Under the pieces are notes generated by a model. It made no database searches, had not been told where the DNA came from, and was given only the letters and a program-made list of their open reading frames with translations. The position numbers and the translations under genes were made by a program. This document shows positions 22,631 to 34,669 of a stretch of DNA of 64,000 nucleotides, piece after piece (the stretch's first letter is position 1; the number at the start of each line of letters is the position of its first letter). Source of the stretch: Octopus bimaculoides (lineage: Eukaryota); NCBI RefSeq assembly GCF_001194135.2, contig NC_068984.1, positions 6,261,058 through 6,325,057 on the forward strand, written 5' to 3'.

Positions 22631-22949
22631 ATACACAGGTGTCCCACAGGTAAAGCCAGACTTAATGATTAATTTGTTAAATGCTGCCTTACTTATGGTA
22701 CAAGTGATGTACGTACACACATGCGTGCGCGCGCGAATGTATGAACTTCCCAGTTATATTTTTCTCTCAATATACTATTTATATTGGTTTCTTTCTTATC
22801 TTAATTTCTTTTTTCTTGCTACATATAACACACACACACACGTTCCTCTTGTAGTTGTTTTCCTACTTTGTTCTTTTTTTTTTTTCCTTATTGATGCAAA
22901 ATTGTAAGTTCTCTCAGTCTGAATAGAAACCATTTAGAGAGAAAGAAAG

Positions 22950-22962
22950 AATGAGAGAGAAG

Positions 22963-23043
<81 letters not shown>
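22950..23043. repeat. (GA)n microsatellite within a long polypurine tract
   Basis: Direct reading; purine bias continues to ~23340. Confidence 0.95.
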
Positions 23044-23045
<2 letters not shown>

Positions 23046-24159
23046 TTTATGTGGGGTGATTTGGGGCAGAGAAAAGTTTGTAATCAGTAGAAGGAACAAG
23101 ATACAAATTGTGTTAAAGATGATAAAAGCCAATTATAAAATGTAGGGAGTGGAGGGTGGTAGAAAGTGGAGATGAGAGGAAAGAAAAATGCAATAAGAGA
23201 GAAGGGAGAGGGAGGAGAGAAGGAGAAAGAGGGAGAGAGACAGAGACAGAGAAGATAAAGAGTTGAAGAGAATTATGGAAAGAGGGTGGAGGAATAAAAA
23301 AAAAAATTAGAAAAGAACAAGTTAGAAGTAGATCATTCAAGACAAAATATATAAACAAAATAAATATATTGATGAATTACATACATTTTACACACACACA
23401 CACACACACACATTTACTCACACACACATTTACTCACACACACATTCACTCACACACACACACATCCACCTCCTGATAAATGTTCTACCTTTGTAAATGT
23501 TGAAGGTATTTTGATGGATTCAAAGAGAAGTTTTTTTCTTCAACATTTCATCTCTTCATTCTGTACTTATTTTTTTTTTTGTATCTGTGTTTTCATTTGA
23601 TATACTTTGTATATTTTGTTTTTTTCCCTTGTATATTTTCTCCCTCTTCCTTTCTTATTTATCTTTTTTATACCTTTGCAACACATTTCTTTTCAAGTCA
23701 AAGCTCTCTGATGAAAGAATTGTTCCAAGTTATGTTCACACACACACACACACTCAAACAAATGCACATTTTTATGCATAATGCATTTATAAATGTGAAT
23801 GCACACACAGATATATATATATAAAAGCTGTCTCATAGATGTACTCAGGCACATATGCATCCATAAAAGTGTGCATACATAATCACAGATGTCTGTGCCT
23901 TTATATGCAAATAAACTGTATACAAATGCACATGGACACATACACTCAAAAATGCATATATGAATTTGTGTACATCTGTATATATTCTAATACTGACTTA
24001 TATGCATGTACACCATACATTCTCATACATAATGAGAATCCTGATTATATGTTTTGTGTAAGTTAGATATGTATACACTGGTAATAGTAAAGGAGGAGGA
24101 AAATTCCTTCGAAATATCACAATACATTGATGGGGAAAAAAAAAGTTTTGATAGTTGAG

Positions 24160-24460
24160 AGAGATACCACTGTAGCTAAAACATTGTAGCAACAATAGGG
24201 ACAACAACATCAACAGCAGCAACTACAAAAACAACAGCAACATTTAATAATAGCTTAGCAAATGCAGTGATGACAATGAATGAGTATAATAATAAGAAGA
24301 ACAGTAGTAGCGACAGTAGGAATAGCAACATTAATGATAACTTGACAAATGAAGAGATGACAATGACTAGAGTAATATTAACAACAGCAGCAACAGCAAG
24401 ATTAGCAACAATAGCAGCAGCAGCAGCAAGATTAACAACAGCAATGCAGACAACATCTGA
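24160..24460. repeat. Degenerate (AAC/AGC/AAT)n low-complexity tract
   Basis: Direct reading. Confidence 0.7.
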
Positions 24461-24696
24461 TGTCATAATTTAAAACAAAAGGCAGCCACTGCTCTGTTTA
24501 TCAAGTTACTGAGATATAACAAACATATCAGCTTTTGTAATCATCATCATCAACATCACCTGCATCCTCATCTGTTAATGTTATTTAGCCCCAAGTGAGT
24601 TCTGATTAAACAGTCCAATGTCAAAGACACTCCAGCCTTGACCATGCCATCTTTTAGTGGGGACACCTTGTATCTAGGATTATATTATATAACTAA

Positions 24697-25112
24697 CGGC
24701 ACTGTCCGAGCGTGTTCATTGCCAGAGCAGCTGTCTGGCTTCCGTGCTAGTGGCCCATAAATAGCACCATTTGAGCGTAATCGTTACCAGCGTTGCCTCT
24801 AGCACTTGTGCTGGTGGCACGTTAGAAAATCATTCGATCGAGGTCATTGCCAGTGATGCAGGACTGACTCCTGTGCAGGTGGCATGTAAAAAACACCTTT
24901 TTGAGCATGGTTGTTGCCAGTACCGTGTGACTGGCCCTCGTGCTGGTGGTACGTAAAAGCACCCACTACACTCTTCGAGTGGTTGGTGTTAGGAAGGGCA
25001 TCCAGCTGTAGAAACTCTGCCAGATCAGATTGGAGCCTGGTGCAGCCTTCTGGCTTGCCAGTCCTCAGTCAAATCGTCCAACCCATGCTAGCATGGAAAG
25101 CGGACATTAAAC

Positions 25113-25164
<52 letters not shown>
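24697..25164 (+). mobile_element. RTE LINE 3' UTR, well preserved, four diverged ~60-66-bp modules and long (GAT)n tail
   Basis: CpG-rich; terminal segment GTTAGGAAGGGCATCCAGCTGTAGAAACTCTGCCAGATCAG...GGAAAGCGGACATTAAACGATGATG. Confidence 0.9.
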
Positions 25165-25167
<3 letters not shown>

Positions 25168-26803
25168 GTGACCATTTTAAAGAAAAATGGTTCTGTGAGA
25201 GTCTAATTGGAAGATTATTTGACTGCTATTTCCAGCAGGTTGAACGACCGTGTAGAGGCTTCCTCGATGGGTTGTCATGATAAATGGTACTTAGTGTACT
25301 GCAGCTGTTGCTAATAATTTCAATTATAACAATTGAAATAGTAACTTCTACAAAATTATTCATTTGACAAATAAGTTACATTAGCAATATATGAAATGGT
25401 TCTAATTTGTCACAAATAGCATTTTTATAATTAGCAACAAGTAATTACATTTTATAGCAGAGCATAATGTAATACACCCCACTACTAGAACTTCTTGTAT
25501 AAATACAGAGAACAAAATCCTTGATATTAATATAGTTGCACTAATAGCATTGATGATTACAAAGTCTCTAAGTATTGTAATGAAGACAGGTGTAGAAAAG
25601 ACATTATCTTTCTCTGACTAAGATATACAAAAACCATTAATCACAATGATAATACTTATCATATGCTTGCAATAAAAAAAATTAAATGAATTTTAAAAGA
25701 AATATTGTTAAATATGTGGTAAATTTCTTGATATTGTTTAAATTGGATCTCAGGGATTTTACCCGCCCTAGATAGAAGCCTTTATGCAGTCAGTTGACCT
25801 GCTAGAAAGAGCTGAAAAAGAATGAGAATAAAGCCACAAAACATTACATAGGAACATTTTGTTAAGATTGTTATTAGCCATTTCTTTCAAAGTTGTTTAA
25901 AGATAAAGAAGCTAAAATTCTCAAGTTACTGTATTAAAGAACATAGCATCACCATTATCATTTAAACATCAGCTTCTCCAAGCTTGCATAGGTTAGATCA
26001 GGGGTTGGCAAAGAGATCAATATTCATTTCTGGGGGGTGAGGTCTATGTGGCTTTTCAAGGCCCAGTAGGCCCAGTGCTGAACTTTTCAAAAGATTGAAG
26101 GTCTCCAAATGTATGTTTGGATGTAATTTTTCAAAAGTACAATTAATGTCTAAGCTAACATAAAAAAAGCTCAAATTGAAGAAATTTTATGACATTTTCA
26201 ATATGTGGAAAATTGAATATGTGGAAATTTAAATATGTCAAAAATTAACCAAAATAAAAGAATGGCCTGAAAATTTCATTTTGACACAAAATAAATAGCT
26301 TTTTGTCATCCAATGGATGAAAATAGAAGCTAAAGTAAAAAATTTATTTATATCCAGGTGATTAATTTGTTACATTAGCCAGCAAAATTTACTCAAATTT
26401 TACAATGTTTTCCATAATTGTTGTAATTTTGTGGAAAAAGGGCTCAAGGTAACATTCAAAGGCTACTCACTCTTGAAAATTCAAGATATATGCATAATTA
26501 AGGATTAGATTCCAAAATATTATCCTTTTCCTTTTTTACCAAAAATTGTTGATATTTGATATAAGTTTTGCCAATTTTTACCTATCTTATAATTTTCATA
26601 AAATCTTGGTTTACATTTTCTGATTATAACAAAAATATCCTTCTGAGTGTTTTTTACTTTCTAAAGAAACATGGGAATATGGGAGATCTAGGGATAGCAG
26701 TAACATAACTTATGAAATAAGAAAGTAAAGTCAATAAGAAGAGTTTACAGGACATAATTTGTGTCATAGATTAAATATGCTTTACAAACATAACTGAAAA
26801 AAT

Positions 26804-27362
26804 TTACTTGACAACAAGAACTATGATGCAGAAAAGTAATTCAGAAGTTGATAACTTGTATTCAGTATCAGATTTTAATTGAATATAATTTACTAAGGCA
26901 TTTGTTTCTCTCAAAGATCCTTCTTCTCTAATGAAACAATATCTTGTGAAATGTCCTCCTATTCTACAATTTTTGTACTATGATATAGTCTGTTTTTGCA
27001 GCTGATTAACTTCTTCATCACAAATCAACCAAGACCTGGTGAATGTGTTTTTCAAATCTGACCTATCTTTTTCCCTAAACGTGTCCTGATTTTTTTGAGA
27101 AATTTGTTACAGGCCTCCAAACCAGATTCATCAACCTGACCAAATGCATTTGTTCTCATTAGCCCCAATATGACTTAGTAACTTAAGCATGGTTGGTGTA
27201 AGGCTGATCCAATTTAGGTCTATTTGAAAGAACTAGTAAAGGCCAAATCTGATACTTTAGTAATGTTTTGCATAGATACGATCTATGGTATCAAAGGTTC
27301 TCAGAATACCAGCTAACTCAGTGCCAAAATATTTTAACTTGCTCAGATCAGTTTCTTTTATT
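26804..27362 (-). pseudogene. RAG1-like / Transib-superfamily transposase C-terminal remnant with CCHC-type tail
   Basis: Reconstructed across two frameshifts: KETDLSKLKYFGTELAGILRTFDTIDRIYAKHY*SIRFGLY*FFQIDLNWISLTPTMLKLLSH / LMRTNAFGQVDESGLEACNKFLKKIRTRLGKKIGQ / DLKNTFTRSWLICDEEVNQLQKQTIS*YKNCRIGGHFTRYC. Parallels RAG1 ITNYFHKTLAH...GAWASEGNESGNKLFRRFR...HWLYTS; catalytic Glu codon at 27115-27117; CCHC-type motif at 26936-26977. Confidence 0.75.
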
Positions 27363-28395
27363 CTTTAAATTTAATTTAATATATAAAATGACTTAACAAT
27401 ACATGAGAATGACACTTTCAAGAAGCCTTTAAACACTAACGTAGCAATATCTTTTACCAAGTTATGATGAAACGGATGTCATACTCAGTAAAAAATTATA
27501 TCCATTATTATATTGATCAAATAATCGAGATGAAGATCAATTTCTTATTTTGTGTACTCATAAAAAATCAACTAAACTTTTGCCCTAGAATTATAAAGAA
27601 TTGAGACATTTTACCAGTATTTAGTGAGTAACTACTTACATTTGTACTAGTAAAAACAAAATATAAACCCAATTTTATTTTAGAAGTTCCACTCTGCAAA
27701 AATTACAATAGGCATTCCATTTCAACATTTTATACGCAGTTTAATGCTCTCATTTGAGCACTGTTTTTGAAAAACTGCTACAAATGGCTACAACCATCCT
27801 GTTGTAACATTCTTTCAAAATTACAAAAGAGATATATTTGAATTTCTTTCACTTACAAAGATTTATATAGACATCAGAGTTTGTCATTTTCTGCCTTCCG
27901 GTATGGGCATGTTTATGTTATAACATTACATAGAAGAGATTATAGATCTATTACAAAGACATCTGTGCTTTTGGGCTAAACTACTAAATGACCTAACATG
28001 TTTCATCAATGAAAAATCCAGGTATATTTGGCAGTTCAATTTCCCTTTAATCTGACAAATTATGGTCCTCAATCAAGTGGCAGAATATCAAAACATTTAC
28101 TCAAGTCTTCTAGATAGGCCAATTTAGAAGTAAAAAATGGGTTCCTGGCAAAATTTATTTGAAGAAAACATATGCTACTTGTGCCCTTGCATGAAATATG
28201 GGTGAGAGTTCATGAAATATGGTGAGAGAGAGAGAGAAAGAGACCTCCATAAAAACAATAAAAAAATCTTACAATAAGCCATGATCCAAGGCATAACAGA
28301 CAAATGGATCCCATAGGAAAAAGCAAGCGCTACATAAACTGTAGGTATTTTTAACCAAGTAATTATATATATATATTCACCTTATAAGATATATC

Positions 28396-28598
28396 CTTTT
28401 CTACTCTGGGCACAAGGCCTGAAATTTTTGGGGAGGGGGCCAGTCAATTCGATCGACCCCAGTATGCAACTGGCACTTAATTTATCAGCCCTGAAAGGAT
28501 GAAAGGCAAAGTCGACCTCAGTGGAATTAGCACAAAGACAGATGAAATACCACTAAGCATGTCGCCGAGTGTGCTAATGTTTCTGCAGCTCACTGCCT
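28396..28598 (-). mobile_element. tRNA-derived SINE family B with 14-bp target-site duplication
   Basis: Head AGGCAGTGAGCTGCAGAAACATTAGCAC, core GAGGTCGACTTTGCCTTTCATCCTTTCAGGG; TTATAAGATATATC repeated at 28382-28395 and 28599-28612. Confidence 0.8.
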
Positions 28599-29769
28599 TT
28601 ATAAGATATATCATTTTAAAAATTCTGTAAGCAAAGTCAAAAACAAATTAGTGATTCCAGTGAGAAATTTTAGCATTCAGGAATTACATCCACAATAATA
28701 TGGTTCTGGCTTTGATCCCAATATGTGGTTCCTTGGGTCAGTGTCTTCTACCATAACTTCAAGTCAGCATAAGCGAGTAGTGAAATTGGGCAGATTAGTG
28801 TGTGGAAACCTACCAGATGCATAGCCCCAGTTTTTGGGTGGAAGACTTAATCCATCAACAGTTTGGAATTCCCACCTGGCCCTTAGGTGCCTTAAGTAGT
28901 ATCTACTCTGTGGCAAGTATTTGGACCAGATCTTCAGTTTCTCATTCACCAATAATCTTAAAGTTTCCCAGAATGGCCATGGGTGCAACTCTTACTCCTC
29001 CACTAAGCTATGAATAATAATAATAAAAAAAGATGATAAAGATTGAGACAATTGGAGATATGCAGTGTTGCAGACTTCCTAGCATGGAAACCAGACTTAA
29101 CAACTATAATTGTTTGTTCACAAGTACACACACACAAATGATTAAATACATTACTAGAGATTCGATAAATTTCTCTAATATGGAGCCATTCATACTATTT
29201 AATGGCTCATCTGGGATACAGAATGTTATATTCTTTCATTATAAATGTATACCATTGAGAAGAAAAGGCTTGTATATAATGGATATTAAATTTGATTACC
29301 AGCTTTTCATCTGTAAATTAATCCCTCTGCAAGTGTTTCATTGTCTCTTTCAACAAAACACTAGTCTTTCTACACTTGCCTTAGTATACCTAGCAACGGA
29401 ATTAATACTGAGCCATCCACAAATATCTGACAAGAAACTTTAGCTCGATCTTGAGGAAAATTTTAATATTTTCAGAATCTAGAGTTAAGTAATACTCTTA
29501 AGAATCAATATTATTCTTGAAAAAAATCTTGTTATCTAAATTTATCAATGTAAAATTTTTGCCAATGCAAACCATCACCAATTTTCTTGGATTCTGAATT
29601 TTACTGTATTTATGTAAAAGTTATGTTTAGCTTATAGTTTGTTAATTAGTCTCTTATGCATTCACTAATTGTTGTTCAGCTCTTTCTATTTATATTCTCA
29701 TTATCATTTGCCGAGAAGTAATTCATTTCTACTTGAAGTTTTTGCTTTTGTTTCACTTAATTTTGAAAA

Positions 29770-29815
<46 letters not shown>

Positions 29816-29822
29816 GGTGGTG
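29770..29822. repeat. (TAG)n-(TGG)n microsatellite
   Basis: Direct reading. Confidence 0.95.
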
Positions 29823-31226
29823 TCTTTATGTTTTGTTTTGTTACCCAATCAGCTCAGTTGTTGACTTCCTATTGAAATATAATACAACTACTAGAAAAAA
29901 AAAGGCAGTGTTTTTACATTACTAAAGAAATCAATGGATCATTTGTTTAACTGACAAGTGAAATCCATTATCACCCTTTAGGGAGTGATGTGGTTGTTTA
30001 TGAGGTGGTTTCTCTTCTTCTTCTTCTTGTGGTTGCTTTCATTCACTTAGATATGATTGATTGGTTGAAAATTCCAAGATTAACGGGGTTGAGAGGGAAG
30101 GAGGTTAAAGGCGCTGTAAGCTGCCAATGTTCATTTACTGCCTCTCATCAAACTCCATTTCCCCTTCCCTCCCGCCTACAAACTAACATAATCGACATCA
30201 TCATCATCATCATCATCCTTAACAGTATCACAATAATGCACCCACCCACCACAATTCCAGTGGCCCAGATGAGTAAAGTAGGTAATGCATTTAGTAATTT
30301 TAAGCTGATTGATAGATGCTTTATTTAGAAGTTTCTGGAAACATCTATTGTGAAGCGGAAATGGGAGTCACATACATTGCTGCTTCCTTTTTAACTATGC
30401 CTGGAGGAAGAACGCAAGAAAGAGTCTTAGAATTCTGTAAAATTATTTTAGTCTGTTTATTTCTTCATGAATTGATCATGGATGGTTGCATGGATGGATG
30501 GATGGATGGTTGGATAGATGGATTGTTGGATGGGGTGGTGAGGAAAGAAAAAGAGGAAGAGAGAGATTAAAATAGGGATGGATTGAAGAAAGGATTGATG
30601 GATTGAATAATAGAATGACATGTAAAGTAAAAGTGCTCTCTGCCTCTCTCTCTCTGCCTCTCTCTCTTTCTCTCTCTCCATACACAAAGACATACATATA
30701 CCAACGAACTATATATATATATATATATATAATAAATTTTTAAAATGTATTGATTAGTATTATCCTTATTTAAAAAAAAAAATTCTCTACAATGTGTGTG
30801 TGTTTGTGTTTGTGTGTGTGTGTGTTTGTGTTTGTGTGTGTGTGTGTAGCTATATTGAAATAACAGCACTTACAAGTCTAGTTATGTTTCTTTCTATTTA
30901 CCATTTGTCTGAGGGGATTAGTATAAGGGAAAATCTTAGGTATATTTGTATAGGTATGCATTTTTAGGGTGGAGTAGGAGTGTTGTTAATTTTAGGAAGT
31001 GACTGTTAATTGATAGATAGACCAGTACCAGTTCTTGAGTGGAAAACTTAATCTGTCACCCAGTTTGAAATTACCATTTGGCCTTTAGGTGCCTTCAGTA
31101 GATGAGTATGATGGTGATGATGAATTTTGTTAATATTTGAGGGTAAAAGAGTAAGGTTAACGTAGACAGAATTTAAGCACAAAGATATGACACTGATTCA
31201 ACTAGATGCTTTAAATTATCTATGTA

Positions 31227-31600
31227 CTAGCAGAGATACCCGGCATTGCCCACGTTACATGCAATTGAAGAATTAGACTTTTCTGTTATATTTTTTTTTA
31301 ATGAACTGGAATATCTATGATTCGAATTTCATCAAAATTGCAGATGAGGGTTCTTTCTCTCTTTACACACATGTATCCAATACGACTGATCTTTATGCGC
31401 AGATTCCAAAATTCAAGTCTTATGGAACCTGTTAAAAGGATTTTGCTCTTGAAAAATGGAGGTCATGGAGCTCTAAAATGTGGGAGTTAAGGTCACTCTT
31501 GAGGGTGGGTGTCTTAATGTCAACTAGAGAAGTTGAATTGTTGAGAATCTTTTCAACTTGGGTCTTATATCTATTGTTCGAATTTCTTTGAAATAGGAAA
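31227..31600 (-). mobile_element. Non-autonomous Helitron, 3' terminus at 31227
   Basis: ACTAGCAGAGATACCCGGCATTGCCC nearly identical to the terminus at 332-360; internal extent uncertain. Confidence 0.55.
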
Positions 31601-31949
31601 TATATGTCTGTTCACTGGGTTTGTAAAAGAGAGCAAAGCTACAGAAACCAAAAGACAAATGATCACAATAAGCAGTCAGCTACCCTACCTTAGTTGTTAC
31701 CACTCCCTTGCTTTTAGATATTTATTCCCTGCTGTTCAACCTATGTAGTGGGATGCAAGTTTCTTATTGAAATTTTTTCATTCTCTAAAAGTTCACTAAA
31801 ATTAATAACATCATGAAGATTTTTACATTTTTATTCCATTTGACCTGTTAACTATGTATCTACAAGAGCCTGAGCTACATGAGCTTAATCAATCTTATCC
31901 ATTTAAACATCACTATGTAAAAAACAAGTAATCATTCACAAGCTATATA

Positions 31950-32270
31950 CAGGGGTTGGACAAAATAATGGAAACACCTTAAAATTTCAAACAAATTTAT
32001 CTTAATAGTGGGTAGGACCACCTTTGGCAGTAATTACAGCTTGAATTCTACAAGGTATGGACTCATACAAAGTTTGAATTGTTTCCAAAGGAATTTTTGT
32101 CCATTCTTCAGTTAAAACAGTCTCCAGTTCTTGTAGTGATGATGGTGGAGGATATCAACTCCTTACTTGTTTTTCGAAAATGCACCATAAATGTTCAATA
32201 ATATTGAGATCTGGGGACTGTGGTGGCCAGATAAGATGTTCAACTTCACTAGAATGTTCCTCGTGCCATT
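31950..32270 (-). mobile_element. Tc1 transposon 3' remnant with terminal inverted repeat
   Basis: TA|CAGGGGTTGGACAAAATAATGGAAACACC terminus at 31948-31978; minus translation EHLIWPPQSPDLNIIEHLW (32185-32229)...WTKIPLETIQTLYESIPCRIQAVITAKGGPTHY* (stop 32002-32004). Confidence 0.9.
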
Positions 32271-32665
32271 CAGTCCCACAGCATGGTACCTTGGACAAGT
32301 GATTTTCATTAGAAATCTGGACTGTCCAAAATCTTGTGATTGGATTTGGTAAATGGAAACTAATGGAAGCCCATTGTATATATGTATATGTGTGTGTATG
32401 TGCATATGTTGGGGTGGGTGTTTGTATTTTCTCCTTGTCTTGACATCAAGCAATTATTGTAAACAATTATCACCATCACACAAACCAGGTTCTTTGTTTC
32501 CGTTTTTCAATGAAAACATGTTTGATCATGGAAAAATATTAGCTTGCTTGGAAACAGGTGATTGGCAACAAGAAAGCTATTTGGCCATAGAAAACCTGCT
32601 TCAACAATTCCATCTGACCCATGCAAGCATGAAAAAGTGGACGTTAAACAATAATGATGATGATG
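32268..32665 (+). mobile_element. SINE with family A head and a different body ending in an RTE-like tail
   Basis: TTCAGTCCCACAGCATGGTACCTTGGACAAG head; tail CCCATGCAAGCATGAAAAAGTGGACGTTAAACAATAATGATGATG. Confidence 0.7.
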
Positions 32666-34249
32666 TACAGGTTTGTTATAAAGGTGTTTAGCAATAATTG
32701 TGTAGATTGAATTAAGCCATGTATGTAAGTAAGTATCAAGTTATGGTTTTAAAACAACTGTTAATCCTTGTTCATTGAATAATGGATGGAAGTGTTCAAA
32801 ATGTGCCCATCAATAATAGCACTCATTCGTTTAAAAATAATTCCATTGATAAGTTGTTATGGTGATTCTGCTGACTTGCTACTTGTGTGTCAGACATTTG
32901 GTTCCTTTATTTTATATATTTTGTAATTTTAAAATATTTCCTTAGATGTGTTGTGTAAATTTTTTTATGGGTCTACTGTGTATTATATTTATAATTTTTG
33001 AGCACTCCTATGAAATGTGTCCTAATAACACAGACATGGTCAAAATGTGTCTTACACAATGATATTATAAAACACTTTTTTGCTAATTAGTTAATTCTAA
33101 AAAAAAATGTAGACATATGTATACATTTTAGGATGGATGTTGTACAGCTAAAAACTATGAAATGCAATATGATAATGAATACCTATTTTTAGAGTAAAAT
33201 TCAATTACTGAAAAACTGTTACCAACAAGAGTGCAGTAGTTGAACAAATATTAAAAAAAAAAACATTATCCAGTGAAATTTTATTCAGAGTAATCAATAA
33301 AGATATTTCTTTCTTCCATTTCATTATCATATGTAAATAAAACTTTAACCTTGTTTTAATTACCATTGATTAGAAGAGGCATTGATAATATAAAAGATGC
33401 CTTGGTATTTACACTGTACTCCCTGAATTTGTGATGCAAGCTATCGAGTGATGGCTAATATTAATAATTCATAACTTTTATCATTGTTACAATTAATACA
33501 GGAATTCCTTATTATTTGCATTCTGGAAGTCAGTAATGAAAAGGTGTTGTGTAGTATTCAGTTATTTCTTTGATTTCTGAATCCAGACACTGCAAGGATC
33601 AATTTGCTTTTCATTCCTCAAAGTTATTATAATGAAGTTCTCAACAACAGCACAAGGACACACTTTTTCAGCAGAGGACACATTTAATCACATCAACCTA
33701 GATACTTATTTTAATGACTTTAGATAAAAATAACTAACAGTCAAGTACTGCATTCCTCCTTAAAATTACACCTGAATTAGAAATTACTATTATTATAATT
33801 AAAATGGTGATGTAACAAATTATAATGCAATGAATGTCAGTTTCATCCATCAAAAGATTGATAAACATCTTTTCCATTGTACTCAAACACTGAGTCCTAA
33901 AACTTGCTATTTATACTCACCAAACTCTTCGATCTCTCACCCTTTACTGAGACACTGCTTGACATTTGGAAGCACATTTCAATGTATCCCAATTCAAAAA
34001 GAGCAACTCCTCCAACTCAGAAAACTCTCCTGGTGAAAGCACATCCTTAACATAGTTAGGATCACATAGTTAGAACCCACAAAGGCTGGTTCTTCATTTC
34101 AGAGCCAAAAAATATTTCAGCCTCCAACAATTGCTAGCACTCAACAAAGTTCAAGCAAGCCTATACTGCTTCCATGTCTAGGATAGTGCTGCTAATATAC
34201 ACACAGAGAAGAGCCGCTTAACAGACTAGCTTTAATCACTAACATGCTT

Positions 34250-34500
34250 TAAGCTCTGCTTTGCATGTGTGCTGTTTCTCTCCATCTTTTCTATTGTTAT
34301 GAAAATGGTTTGTGTTTTGCAGAGTTGGCTGATCTTGTACCTCCTCCCTTCCAGCACTCCCAATCCATATATCTGTCCACTCTCATCACTCTTACCATGT
34401 CCAACCCTTCCCACTGACACCACATTAACCACTTTGTTCCTTACAACATCTGCAATCTTGTCCATACTCATATTTTCCAGCTGGTGTTAAACCTGCAACA
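34250..34500 (-). mobile_element. Highly degraded LINE (RTE-like) ORF2 C-terminal remnant
   Basis: KIADVVRNK...GHGK...IYGLGVLEGRR loosely resembles RLRWFGHV...EGRRSRGRP. Confidence 0.35.
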
Positions 34501-34669
34501 ACAGAATATTAAGAGCATCAAGCCCAGTGGTCTGTAGAACTAGCAAAACTTATGGGCTCTAGAGCTTTTTCCAGACTCAGCAACTAAAATGTAACAGTCC
34601 TGTATTGGTTGGTCAATATAATTCTTTGTTCCTCTTCAAACATACTTTGTGTGAATACTAGAAATCAAT

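Noticed and set aside
24176-24473. Poly-Ala/Val and Asn/Ser-rich ORFs
   Set aside because: Products of a degenerate trinucleotide tract.
25999-26012. hAT-type TIR CAGGGGTTGGCAA
   Set aside because: No partner TIR found, and it continues a degenerate minus-strand RTE tail (~25948-26000).
26285-27554. Inverted CACAAAATAA pair as RAG-like TIRs
   Set aside because: Only ~10 bp of AT-rich match and the flanking 5-mers differ (no TSD); expected by chance.
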